This document shows positions 19,688 through 29,787 of a stretch of DNA of 64,000 nt, one piece after another. The notes below the pieces were generated by a model. It saw nothing but the letters and a program-made list of their open reading frames with translations, did not search any database and was not told the DNA's origin. Positions within the stretch are counted from its first letter, which is position 1, and every line of letters begins with the position of its first letter. Source of the stretch: Candidatus Altimarinota bacterium (lineage in GTDB: Bacteria > Patescibacteriota > Gracilibacteria > UBA4473); NCBI GenBank assembly GCA_965231215.1, contig OZ246423.1, forward strand, positions 992,001 through 1,056,000, given 5' to 3'. Both the position numbers and the translations under genes were made by a program.

Positions 19688-20158
19688 ATGTCTCCCGAAA
19701 AAGCCAACGATAACTTTGAGAAGGCCACTGCCCAGGGAACAGGTAATCTGGATCTCCAATCCGATAGCCTGGAAGGAGTAAATGCGGCGGGGGAAAAAAT
19801 ATCAGAAGTAGTAGGCGAAAACGCCAATGAGAATATCAGCGGCGGTGGGCAAAAATCTTCAACACAAAACACTCACATCCAAGGGGATCAGAGTCTCAAA
19901 GCCGGAACACCAGCTTCTGATTTAGTATTGCCAACACCCGCAAAACAAAAAGCAGTGCTTCAAAAGACCATAGAAAAAAGAACGAATCAATTGGTCAAAG
20001 AAGTTACTAAAATGCAACGATCAAATGACTATTCTCCAGCCAAGCTTGAAGAAAAAATCAGAGAAATCCGGTATCTGAGAAAGGTTTTGGCAGAACTTGC
20101 TAACGCCGCACTTGAACGGATTGAAGAGCTCTATCGGAAACTCGTATGGAAAAAATAA
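19688..20158 (+). CDS. Hypothetical protein with disordered N-terminus and coiled-coil C-terminus
   Basis: ORF from ATG 19688; extended -10 TGGTATAAT upstream. Confidence 0.75.
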   Translation: MSPEKANDNFEKATAQGTGNLDLQSDSLEGVNAAGEKISEVVGENANENISGGGQKSSTQNTHIQGDQSLKAGTPASDLVLPTPAKQKAVLQKTIEKRTNQLVKEVTKMQRSNDYSPAKLEEKIREIRYLRKVLAELANAALERIEELYRKLVWKK

Positions 20159-20426
20159 AAAAATTTTAAAACTTTAAGGAGCCTGTTATTGCCAGCAAAG
20201 TTGTTGTTTAACTTTTTCAGAGCGTGGTAATCTACTTTCGAAAATAGGCAATAGATACTTTCATGATTAACCATTAATTATTTTTGCCTCGTGATGACAG
20301 CAAAATACTTGTTTTTCTCGATTTAAATTTTATAGGTTTATAAGTTTAAGTATTTTTGGCTACATCAAAATATTGACCCTAAAACACAAAGATATTAGCT
20401 TGTGAGTTGAACTTTCAGATATTTCT

Positions 20427-21860
20427 ATGAAAAAATTTTTCACCCTGGCTCTCATTACGGTTTTTGGTTTAGGACTTGTATTCCCAGAGTTAGCGGTCGC
20501 CAGTCGCTCATTTTATTTTAGCGGCAGAGGTGATAGTGAAGCCTGGGAAAAATATAAAGCCTCTTTAGCCCAACCAGGCAGCCAAAGCCGAACAAACTAT
20601 AGACGAACTTACCGGTATACCGCTCCAAGAAATTCTAGCTACTCTACCACTAGAACCAGAACTAATACCCTCAGAGACAATAGCCGTCGAAGCAGTACAG
20701 GGATTCGTGCTACACGCCAAAGCGGACAGGTTACCAGTACCAGAAAACCTACAGCCTATAAAGTTCTAGAGGCCGATAACACTAACTTCCAAGTACGAGT
20801 CCCTATTGGATTTGCCAAAAGCTCAGACAATTTAAGCGCCAATAGCGGAAGTTTGATACTTAAAAGTGAGACCGAAAAGATTGAAATTATGGCCACGAGT
20901 GACCGGTGTGACTCTGAGGCTGGAGCGGGATTCCAAGACTGTTATACTAAATTTTGGCAGGCTGAACAAAAAGCCCTAAAAGCCAAATATCCAAAAGGAT
21001 TTGTCCTCAAAAACCAAGACCTTCTCTGGAACACCAGTGTTGGACGAAGCGCTCTCCGAAATATTAAAGACCAGCAAGGGCGATACATGCTTGTCCATAA
21101 CGGAAAAAAACGAATAGGGATGTTCCTTTTCTTTGAACCAAGTGAACAACATTATGTATGGAAAATTCATTTTGAAGGCCCTTCAAATGGAGCGTTGCTT
21201 CGAAACTTTTCTTCGACTCAAAAAATACTTTTAAGTTTGTTCCAAGCTCAAGAAGCCGATCAATCTACCCGGAAAAATTACACTCCAAGCAATCTTGGAA
21301 GAAGATTCAGAAATGTAAGTTTTAGAGCTGAACAGGCTCGAAACACTAACGACAGCACCAAACAGAGAACTATTATGGGAAGAAAGTTAAACTTTAGCCT
21401 CTCTGTGCCTAAAGATTACGTACTAAAGCAAGATACGCTCTCTCAGTCTAACGGTAAAATGAGAATTACCGATCGTCTTGAAAATAACACTATAGAGATC
21501 ATGCCTACCGAAACTATCTGTGAAAGTAACCTTGATAGAGATAAGGTGAACCGGTGTATTAAGGCTGGAGTAGAAACCCTCATCGCAGAATTTAAAAAGG
21601 CACACCCTCAAGCCAACCTTTTGGAAGATCGAAGTATATTACTAAAGCTGATAGCCGGCGCCAATACCAAAGAAAATTTGGGACATTTTGTGCATCTTAG
21701 AGAGACGGGAAAACGCTATGCGCTGATTATCTTTAGAGAGCCGAGCCAAGGACACCTCTGGCAAGTCATGATACATTCACCAGAAAGCCGTAGCGGAAAC
21801 GATATACTCAATGATAGTCGAGTGCTTAATACAGTCATGAGTTCATTTCTGTTTCAATAA
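20427..21860 (+). CDS. Secreted protein: Arg/Ser/Thr/Tyr-rich segment plus two PsbP/Mog1-like domains
   Basis: Signal peptide; two internal repeats from F...VP.. to S(L/F)(F/L), each with a Cys pair. The fold call is inference. Confidence 0.75.
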   Translation: MKKFFTLALITVFGLGLVFPELAVASRSFYFSGRGDSEAWEKYKASLAQPGSQSRTNYRRTYRYTAPRNSSYSTTRTRTNTLRDNSRRSSTGIRATRQSGQVTSTRKPTAYKVLEADNTNFQVRVPIGFAKSSDNLSANSGSLILKSETEKIEIMATSDRCDSEAGAGFQDCYTKFWQAEQKALKAKYPKGFVLKNQDLLWNTSVGRSALRNIKDQQGRYMLVHNGKKRIGMFLFFEPSEQHYVWKIHFEGPSNGALLRNFSSTQKILLSLFQAQEADQSTRKNYTPSNLGRRFRNVSFRAEQARNTNDSTKQRTIMGRKLNFSLSVPKDYVLKQDTLSQSNGKMRITDRLENNTIEIMPTETICESNLDRDKVNRCIKAGVETLIAEFKKAHPQANLLEDRSILLKLIAGANTKENLGHFVHLRETGKRYALIIFREPSQGHLWQVMIHSPESRSGNDILNDSRVLNTVMSSFLFQ

Positions 21861-21884
21861 AATTGATAAAAATTTAAAAATATT

Positions 21885-21916
21885 TTGGAAGTTACTTTTC
21901 ATCAAGTAACTTTCAA
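21885..21916. terminator. Hairpin between secreted-protein genes
   Basis: ttggaagttactt / aagtaactttcaa inverted repeat. Confidence 0.45.
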
Positions 21917-22095
21917 GTACCTCATTTTTTTGAAGCCTCTGGGATTTTAAATTTAGCGAAAAAACTACAAAAAATTTGACAGTTTATCGTTTTTAATTAA
22001 AAGATTATTTGAACCATTTAAAAAAAATAAAAACCAACCCCTTAAACGCTGAGTTTAACGGGCGTTTTTATTTCTTTGTTTTTCACCCCACAAAA

Positions 22096-23013
22096 ATGTT
22101 TAAGAAAACACTTCTCGGTCTCGGTCTGGTATTGGTGATTGGTGCAGCAGTAAGTATGACTTCTGCCTCACGGTATGTCTATCATCAATATCAAAGATAC
22201 TCTGGTTACCCCAATTACGGTACCCATAATCATTACACAGCCTATCGGCCAACGACTAACCGTGTTTATGGTATTAACTACGGGAACCGATACCGAAATC
22301 AGTACAAAGCTCAATGTGACTACCGAGATCAGTACGGCTGTCATTACTACAATAAAAATGTCTACAGCTACAACCCAAACTACGGGTACCGACAAAATCG
22401 GTATGCGCTGAATCAACATAATAGTGAAGATTACAAACTAAACCGACCACACCTATACCCACGAGTTGAAAATACTTTCCAGAGTGACCGATTAGTGGTT
22501 CGAAATGGAAACTATCGAGACCGTGTAATCAATTACCGAGGACGAGCAAAAGCTGAAGAATTTTATCCGGTAGAGGCGGTAACCTACGCAATAAACCATC
22601 AAGGATTTGCCCCTGATGGAGCTGGCGCTTACAGAGCTAGTGGGACTTCACTTGCTTTCCGAGTATTGCAAACGCCAGATAGGTACCGATGTAGTCAGAG
22701 TAATTTCTGGTCTTGTGCGGCTCAGGCTAATCGGGATTTCCGATCTGTTCAAAATCTAGGACAAATTTATGATCACCACACGGATTTCCGATGGAATCAA
22801 ACTCAAGATCTGGACTTTGCCTACTACCCAACTATCACGGAAAGTTTTAATTCTAATAACGCTGGACGAAATATGGTGTATTTCACATTTAATGCACTTA
22901 ATCCACTTGATGGAAGCCTTGTGCGAATTGAAGGAGTAGCTGATGCTCGTGAAAAAGCTCGAGCTTCTCAAATCATGCACAACGTATTTGAGAGCTTTAG
23001 ATTTAGACCTTAA
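22096..23013 (+). CDS. Secreted protein: Tyr/Arg/Asn-rich segment plus one PsbP-like domain
   Basis: Start MFKK at 22096; signal ending SASR; Cys pair CSQSNFWSC; ends VFESFRF. Confidence 0.8.
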   Translation: MFKKTLLGLGLVLVIGAAVSMTSASRYVYHQYQRYSGYPNYGTHNHYTAYRPTTNRVYGINYGNRYRNQYKAQCDYRDQYGCHYYNKNVYSYNPNYGYRQNRYALNQHNSEDYKLNRPHLYPRVENTFQSDRLVVRNGNYRDRVINYRGRAKAEEFYPVEAVTYAINHQGFAPDGAGAYRASGTSLAFRVLQTPDRYRCSQSNFWSCAAQANRDFRSVQNLGQIYDHHTDFRWNQTQDLDFAYYPTITESFNSNNAGRNMVYFTFNALNPLDGSLVRIEGVADAREKARASQIMHNVFESFRFRP

Positions 23014-23054
23014 TAGTCACATACACTAAAATTAAACCGTATATTTAAATAATC

Positions 23055-23999
23055 ATGAAAAAATTTCTTTGTTTGGCCCTCGGAGTTTCAGTATTAAGTG
23101 CCGCTATGATTCCCTTTAGTGCAGCTTCACGGAATGCTTATCACGCCTACATTACCTCACAAGAGAATTATAAAAAATACCGATACTACACTAATCGGCT
23201 GGGAGATCGAAAACGACGCTTCCAAAACCGAGTAGAACGGAAAAACCAACAAGAAGCTCGTCAGCTTCATTTACGAAGAGATTCCAGAGCCAATCAACAA
23301 AACCGAAATGTATATGTGGAAGCCACTCGAGGTATTGATCTAGATCGAACCCGAAGACCTCTTCGAACTTTTACTACCTCCCTTCGAGCTCCTTGGAGAC
23401 AACCTCTAAACCGGACAGGGATTGTTTCTGAAGTTTCAACCCTGCCTTCCCCTTTAGTAAAAGCTTTTGAAACCTACAGAAACGATGCTTTTTCACTAGA
23501 GATTCCTGTGGCAGCTCGACCTACGGCTGATAATAATCATCTGTTTACAGCCTTTGACGGAGAACTTTCAATCCGAATAGAAAAATTTGAGAATAACTGT
23601 TCTGGAACCTATGGATTCCAAGGATGTGCGACTCAAATCGCTAAAGGGCAAAACTATGCCGTTATCAAGGGAGATGGAAAACTCCTTTCACTAGACCGAG
23701 TGAAAAGAAATTACACTAAATCAGATACGGTTCTAGATGTACCAAACAGGCAAACGCCCGTATACACTGAGCAATTCTCAGCTCTCTTTCCAGACGGAGT
23801 GGAGTACACACTGAGTCGATACATTGTCAAAGATTATGACGGAGAAGGAGTCTATTTTATTGAAGTAAAAATCCCACGTGAAAAAGCGCGTAATTACGTT
23901 GGAGTGGCTAAGCGTCTCTTTGATTCATTCCGAATCTATCAAGACGCACTTCCAGTAGTAGAAGAGGCAGAAGAAGCCACAACAGAAGAGACCCAGTAA
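23055..23999 (+). CDS. Secreted protein: Arg-rich segment plus one PsbP-like domain
   Basis: Signal ending AASR; FSLEIP; CSGTYGFQGC; LFDSFRIY. Confidence 0.8.
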   Translation: MKKFLCLALGVSVLSAAMIPFSAASRNAYHAYITSQENYKKYRYYTNRLGDRKRRFQNRVERKNQQEARQLHLRRDSRANQQNRNVYVEATRGIDLDRTRRPLRTFTTSLRAPWRQPLNRTGIVSEVSTLPSPLVKAFETYRNDAFSLEIPVAARPTADNNHLFTAFDGELSIRIEKFENNCSGTYGFQGCATQIAKGQNYAVIKGDGKLLSLDRVKRNYTKSDTVLDVPNRQTPVYTEQFSALFPDGVEYTLSRYIVKDYDGEGVYFIEVKIPREKARNYVGVAKRLFDSFRIYQDALPVVEEAEEATTEETQ

Positions 24000-24025
24000 T
24001 AGTGACCCTCATTTAGAGATTAAAG

Positions 24026-24054
24026 AAAAAGCGCCTTCCAAAGGCGCTTTTTTT
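24026..24054 (+). terminator. Intrinsic terminator (bidirectional form)
   Basis: AAAAA-GCGCCTT-CCA-AAGGCGC-TTTTTTT. Confidence 0.9.
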
Positions 24055-24233
24055 AGTTTTTTAAGTTTAATACTCTGGCTAAATTAAAGAAGCTCAAAGC
24101 TTCATCCAGAGCCTGATAAGTTTTCTTTATGATCAACTTTTTGAAATTCTGAAATAGAGTTTTTTCAAAAGAGTCACAAAATTTGCGATAGGTCGTATAA
24201 AACAGTACAAATAAATAGTCTAATATTTTATCT

Positions 24234-26081
24234 ATGAAAAAATTATTTTCCCTCTTCACCTTTGGGCTTATTTTGAGTTCTTTTTTGGTATTCCCTCAGC
24301 CTTCTGAGGCCGTCAGCTATGGCAACTATTGGGATTATTATCGTGATTATTATGCTAATAAATATGGAGCGAGCCGAAGCTCATACACACCTCGGTATTC
24401 TAGTCGTAGAAGCACAAGCCGATATGTAAGACCTACATACAGAACCCGAACAACTAATTACAACCGAAGTTATACCCCCACAACTTCTAACCGGTATTCA
24501 AACCGTAGAACCAACAATTATTCAAACTACTTGTATGGACGAAGAAATCAGGCTTCAAGTCCTGTGATTCGTGCTACATCTAATCCTATTACCCTACGGC
24601 AAGATGTGAATGAAATTTCCAGCACCCCAATTGATTTATTCAATATCGGACTCCATTACCCACGAGTGAGTTCAACGCAGCTGTATCCAGCGGCTTTGGT
24701 ACGTGAAATGACCTTTAGAATTGTAGATAATAGCGGAGTAGTCAGCGAATTTGATGATTTTGAATTGGTGGTAGAGGATCAAGCCTTTCAGTTTAATCGC
24801 AATGGCTACATTACGCTCGATTTTCAAAATTTGAGATTAGCACAATCTGAGTCTCGAGAGCTTAATGTACAGATCAAAGTAGAAGACCCAGACGTATTCC
24901 CAAGACTGCCTGGCTCTTTTCGAGTAAAGCTCGAAAAAGTTTGGGCGACAGATGAAAACGCTACTCAGCAAATTCCAGTCCAAATATCTGGCCGGTCTAT
25001 CTCTGATTATGTTGTACTTAACCCACGTGTAGGCACTTCAGGTGGAGGCAGTGTCAGCGCTCAGCTTACGCCAAGAAAAGTCTATGGAAGAACCCTTTCT
25101 GCCGGAGAAAAAGAAGTCGTATTTAGTGCAGTTTTAGGCGCTAATAGAGATGACTTTTTAGTAGAAAAAATAACGGTCACCAATAGCTTTGGTTCCAACA
25201 TTGATTCACTCACTGACGAAATTCGTCTTATCAACCAAAACACTGGGCAAGTCCTTAGTTCTCGGAAATTTATCGGAGGTTCAGCGGTATTTGATTTAGG
25301 ACGAAATGATATTCTTATTCCTCGGAATAAAGAAGTCGCTCTAGCCTTTGAATTAGCCGTGAGAAACACCCTTCCACAAGGGGTAACCGATAACCGAATT
25401 GAGCTTAATATGAGTCCCAGTGATGTAGAAATTTTTGGAATTGGTTCTGGGAAGGTCGTCCCTGATAGCAGTAAATTCTTCAACACTGATAATGAAACCT
25501 TCACCATCGCTCAGGGAGGTGGCGGTATGGGGGGAATTACTTTCTCTGCAGGTCAACCAGCCTTTGTTTCTACTGGGGATTTAAATGAAATGGCTCGATT
25601 TACTATCTCAAATGCTGGTTCTGGCAGTATTTCAGTAGGAAGAATCTCCGTCCAGAGTTTTTTGAGTGGAGTGGAATTTCCGGGAGGCCTTAGTACCGAT
25701 GACGTAGAACTCAGAGAAATCTACCAAGGTCGCGAAGCTCCAAGTACCAGCTTTGTAACGACTGGTGCTAGTGGAAATATCCTAACTTTTGATGCCTCAA
25801 GTGAAATCTATATTGAAGGAAATTCTTCACGAGAATTTACTATCAAAATGGCGCTTGATAACCTTACTTCAGGCGATGATGAAGCTGACTCTGTAACCTT
25901 CAAAATTTTAGGAGATACCAGCTTTAATAAAGGGACTCTGAGTAGTGTCCGAAGTAGCGGCGCTAATTTTGTCTGGTCTGATCACTCAGGAAGACCCCAT
26001 AATACCGGTTCTTCAGATTGGCTTTCTGGCTTCCTTGTAAGGGGATTACCGACGGGAAATTATGTGAAATACAGGCGATAA
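24234..26081 (+). CDS. Secreted surface protein: Tyr/Arg/Ser-rich segment plus about three beta-rich (Ig-like) domains
   Basis: Signal peptide; YSSRRSTSRYVRPTYRTR-type region; repeated beta-strand patterns separated by Gly linkers. Confidence 0.8.
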   Translation: MKKLFSLFTFGLILSSFLVFPQPSEAVSYGNYWDYYRDYYANKYGASRSSYTPRYSSRRSTSRYVRPTYRTRTTNYNRSYTPTTSNRYSNRRTNNYSNYLYGRRNQASSPVIRATSNPITLRQDVNEISSTPIDLFNIGLHYPRVSSTQLYPAALVREMTFRIVDNSGVVSEFDDFELVVEDQAFQFNRNGYITLDFQNLRLAQSESRELNVQIKVEDPDVFPRLPGSFRVKLEKVWATDENATQQIPVQISGRSISDYVVLNPRVGTSGGGSVSAQLTPRKVYGRTLSAGEKEVVFSAVLGANRDDFLVEKITVTNSFGSNIDSLTDEIRLINQNTGQVLSSRKFIGGSAVFDLGRNDILIPRNKEVALAFELAVRNTLPQGVTDNRIELNMSPSDVEIFGIGSGKVVPDSSKFFNTDNETFTIAQGGGGMGGITFSAGQPAFVSTGDLNEMARFTISNAGSGSISVGRISVQSFLSGVEFPGGLSTDDVELREIYQGREAPSTSFVTTGASGNILTFDASSEIYIEGNSSREFTIKMALDNLTSGDDEADSVTFKILGDTSFNKGTLSSVRSSGANFVWSDHSGRPHNTGSSDWLSGFLVRGLPTGNYVKYRR

Positions 26082-26134
26082 TCTGCGAGAGAAAACCGAC
26101 AGTTTTCCCTCGGTGATCCTTCCCTAAAATTTGT

Positions 26135-26177
26135 ATTCTTGAAGCGGGGGAATCCATAAGACTCTCACTTCAAGAAT
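26135..26177. repeat. REP-like hairpin
   Basis: attcttgaag...cttcaagaat stem; contains GAAGCGGGGGAATCCA, which resembles GCGGGAATCCA-type REPs. Confidence 0.5.
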
Positions 26178-26267
26178 GCCCTCATTTTTAGAGGTTAAAT
26201 TTGATACTTGTAACTTGATTTTTTGGCTTAAATTCGGTATAATGAACGGATTTATTTAAAAATTTTT

Positions 26268-29200
26268 ATGGCTCAATTGGTACAAGGGATAATTTTGTCA
26301 CTGCTGCTTCTGGGATTCTGTCCAGTAGTTAAAGCTTTTGATTCAGTGACGGGAGGAGGGGATGGCCTGGTTTTAAGTACTACCGTAGACAATGCCAATA
26401 AAGCCCTTTTAGAGGATCTAGTTTTGAGTTTAAGCGCTTCGGCTAGTAATGAGCCGGTGGTGATTAGTTTTGATGATGGGGCGGGATTTGAACAAGACGG
26501 AACCGGAACGATCAGTTTAGGCGTTTCTACTGGTACTACTAACCTGAGCACACTTAATGACTTTGCCAGTAGTGATGCTTTGACGATAACCAATCAAGCC
26601 ACGCTAGAAGAAACCAAAGTATTTGTAGAAAGTGGAACGGAAAATATGTCTGTAGGAACCGCTGGGACTACCACTACATTAAATACCCTTAGTTTTTTTG
26701 ATTCTGGAGACATCATTACCGCAACCGATAGTTTAAGTGCTACAACCCAGATTTTTGTAGATGAAGCGACAGAAACCATTGATCTAGGAACCGCTGATGC
26801 CACTACGGTGTTAGATACTTTAGCAGATTTTGCCAATGGAGATACGCTTACGGTCACCGACAGCCTTGGAGCCGAAACTAATTTTTCGGTAACGGGAGCC
26901 AATACGGTAGCAGATTTGGTGACCTTTCTAGACGGAATTATCAACATGAGTGCGGCGTTTGATGCGTTTAATGACCGTATCATTATTGATACGACTCAAA
27001 CCTTTACCATTACCAGTAATGGGGCTTTAGCGACGGTCATTATGACCGTTGTAAATACGGTAGGGGATTTAACTACGGCTTTAAATAATGTAACTAATTT
27101 AGCAGCAGCTTTTGATAGCCTTGACGATGAAATTGACCTAACCGCAAGTGAAAATTTTACCATAGAAAGTACGGGAACCCTTCCCACCGTTGACATTAAC
27201 ATCATTGATACCGTTACAGACCTCACCAATACGCTCAATGGTATTACAAACCTCACCGCTACCTTTGATGATCCAAATGATCGGATTGATCTAACGTCTA
27301 CCGTAGACTTCCAGATAGCAAGTACAGGATCACTTGGAACCATCAACATGGATGCTGTCTCCTCAGGAAATTTAGAGTTTTCTTCTGATTCACCCAATTT
27401 AGTCATTACCAGTGGAACCTTGAGCATTGCTAATTTAGAGATTACATCTAGTCAGATTAGCTTTACCCTTAACGGGAGTGGGGATATGCGAGTGCAAGAT
27501 TTAGGTATCTTCGGCACCAATTTTACAGAAAAAGGAGAATTCTTTGAGACTCGAACCCTTAAAGTAGCGTTCCAAGGGGCGGATTTTTTTGGAGAAAACT
27601 TTGTAGTTGATACAACTAACTATGTTCAAAAATTAAACTTTGTTGGATCCAGTGGAGGAGAAGACAATGACGGAGATGGAAATGGTGATACCTTCATTAT
27701 TGGGGATACTATGAGTTTTGATTTTGCTCCGTTTGATTTTTCATCTCGTGGAAGTTTTACTCTGGATCTTACGAGCTTAGGGGGCACTGCGGGCGTGGAC
27801 GTAACGTCCAGCTTTACCGTGGTTTCTGACGATGATGATAGTCCTAATACCAATGTGCCAATAAGCCTTTCTTATGCAGGAACAGGAGTTACTAACACCT
27901 TTAACAGTAAAGATTTTGATATTGATAACCAGCCGCCTAGCTTTGATCTCGCAAACCATCTGTTTCTCAGCATTCCAGAAGGGAAAGTAGCTGCCGGGAT
28001 TGCCGATGAATTAACCGTGACAATGCCAACAGAATCAAGTGGAGACACCCTTTTTTTCACGGCCAATTTTTCTGATGTAGGAGGGAGTATCGTGAACTTT
28101 GTTGATGCCCCTTTTGCTGATCAATCTATTACGCTTCAAGAAGTAGCAATTGATACTAATTATGACCAATCTATTACTTTCCGTGATGATGCTGGGAATA
28201 CCTTTGGCCCGGTGAACACCAACCAAGTGAGTGTAGATCTCATTCGACCAGTTATCTCTACCACCAATATTCTCTCTGTGGTGAGTGGTAATAATCCGGC
28301 CATTGTAGGAGATACGGTTCAGGTAGCCCTGCCAGTAGATACAGCTGGAAGCGTAGGGGATACCATTTCATTTTCGCTTGATATGACTCAAGTGGGGGAT
28401 GATACCACCGCTAATTTAGAAAAAGTTACAACCGCTCAAAACATTATCGTAGTCTCAGGAGCCCTTAATAATACGGCTTTTGCTCCGGATCTAACGCTTT
28501 TTGATAAAGCTGAGAATACCCAAGTGGTGACCCTAGATCCTCTGCAAATAGATAATATGCCCCCCGTATTTGATACGAGCTGTGGAGCCACCTTTCAGGT
28601 AATAGATGAGGGTGAAGGGGATGATAATGGAATTGCGGACTTTAATAATGGTGTGAGAGATAGAGTGTTCTTCCTTTATCCAAACAAAAATATTGCAGGA
28701 TGTGATATTGATCGTTTTGATTTGAACCTCTACTCCCTTACCAAGGATCCTTTGTTCCGCTTTTATGAGCAAGAGGCGACAGGAACAGGCCGGATTTTTT
28801 ATGTGGCAGAAGGAAGTCTAGACAACCCTAGCCAAACCTTTGTCATGACGGTTTATGATGCGGCTGGGAATACAACAGATTTTTCTACAGGCCCTTTAAA
28901 TGTAGACAACAGCCTCAGTACCCAGGCCAACCTAGTAGACAGGTCTGTTGCCTTGACCAATATAAACTCAAATGGAGTCGTTCTGTTTGAGGGAAGAATT
29001 GATGTGAGAGCTACTATTTCTACTGGAGATGTGGTACAAGTATTGGCTCATATGGATGGAGCCGCCAGTCAGGTAGAACTTAGCAGAACTTCCGACGGAC
29101 AGTGGATTGGACCACTAGATATCTTTGCTGGAGATTTGGTAAAAACTAAACGGTTCATTACTTTTACCATCATTGATGATGCTGGAAATGTGGCGTTGGT

Positions 29201-29762
29201 AGAAGGTGAAAAACCTTTCCTTATTACCAATAATACGCGAGTTCGTGGTGGGGGAGGTGGCGGGAGTTTAAGCCTGTCAAAGCTTCAGAAAAAAAGTTCT
29301 TTCCGAAGCTTTACCCCGAATCAAACCGATGAATTTCATGATTCTGTGTGGGATGGAAAGTTCAAAAGTAAGGCCCTGCTTAGACTCGAAAGTTTAAAAC
29401 GAAGAATCGCCCTGCCAAGCTTTAACCGAAGCCGAATTAGCCCAAAATCTAAAGATGAAGTAGAAAAAGTAAGAGCCCTTTGGCGATCTCGTCAAAAAGC
29501 CATGGCCGAGGACGGAACACCTCAAAAAATGCAGAAAGGGATTGAAGAATTTCTGAAACGAAGAGAACCAGAAAGCATTGTAGATAAAGCGGTGGTTAAT
29601 GATGGAGAATTCAGGATCCGAACGACACTCAATAATCTAAAAGAACTCACACATCCAAAAACAGTCCTTCCAGGGCCAAATTATCGAAAAGTTCGCACAG
29701 GTCAACGTGGAAAATTCCTTTACGTAGAAAGGAAAAAAGGGAAAATTATTGAGTCACAATAA
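26268..29762 (+). CDS. Large secreted surface protein with nested flagellin-IN-like repeats, Ig-like repeats and a basic C-terminal tail
   Basis: Signal peptide; three A and three B half-repeats; DxAGN and DN.PP Ig-like motifs; GGGGG linker then Arg/Lys-rich tail. Confidence 0.85.
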   Translation: MAQLVQGIILSLLLLGFCPVVKAFDSVTGGGDGLVLSTTVDNANKALLEDLVLSLSASASNEPVVISFDDGAGFEQDGTGTISLGVSTGTTNLSTLNDFASSDALTITNQATLEETKVFVESGTENMSVGTAGTTTTLNTLSFFDSGDIITATDSLSATTQIFVDEATETIDLGTADATTVLDTLADFANGDTLTVTDSLGAETNFSVTGANTVADLVTFLDGIINMSAAFDAFNDRIIIDTTQTFTITSNGALATVIMTVVNTVGDLTTALNNVTNLAAAFDSLDDEIDLTASENFTIESTGTLPTVDINIIDTVTDLTNTLNGITNLTATFDDPNDRIDLTSTVDFQIASTGSLGTINMDAVSSGNLEFSSDSPNLVITSGTLSIANLEITSSQISFTLNGSGDMRVQDLGIFGTNFTEKGEFFETRTLKVAFQGADFFGENFVVDTTNYVQKLNFVGSSGGEDNDGDGNGDTFIIGDTMSFDFAPFDFSSRGSFTLDLTSLGGTAGVDVTSSFTVVSDDDDSPNTNVPISLSYAGTGVTNTFNSKDFDIDNQPPSFDLANHLFLSIPEGKVAAGIADELTVTMPTESSGDTLFFTANFSDVGGSIVNFVDAPFADQSITLQEVAIDTNYDQSITFRDDAGNTFGPVNTNQVSVDLIRPVISTTNILSVVSGNNPAIVGDTVQVALPVDTAGSVGDTISFSLDMTQVGDDTTANLEKVTTAQNIIVVSGALNNTAFAPDLTLFDKAENTQVVTLDPLQIDNMPPVFDTSCGATFQVIDEGEGDDNGIADFNNGVRDRVFFLYPNKNIAGCDIDRFDLNLYSLTKDPLFRFYEQEATGTGRIFYVAEGSLDNPSQTFVMTVYDAAGNTTDFSTGPLNVDNSLSTQANLVDRSVALTNINSNGVVLFEGRIDVRATISTGDVVQVLAHMDGAASQVELSRTSDGQWIGPLDIFAGDLVKTKRFITFTIIDDAGNVALVEGEKPFLITNNTRVRGGGGGGSLSLSKLQKKSSFRSFTPNQTDEFHDSVWDGKFKSKALLRLESLKRRIALPSFNRSRISPKSKDEVEKVRALWRSRQKAMAEDGTPQKMQKGIEEFLKRREPESIVDKAVVNDGEFRIRTTLNNLKELTHPKTVLPGPNYRKVRTGQRGKFLYVERKKGKIIESQ

Positions 29763-29787
29763 GGAAAAGTAATTTGTACTAAATTTC

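Noticed and set aside
20159-20426. Possible riboswitch or small ORF upstream of the secreted-protein cluster
   Set aside because: Only weak short stems; no recognised aptamer consensus.
26273-28772. Series of minus-strand ORFs within the large surface protein
   Set aside because: Antisense frames kept open by Thr/Asp-rich codon bias.
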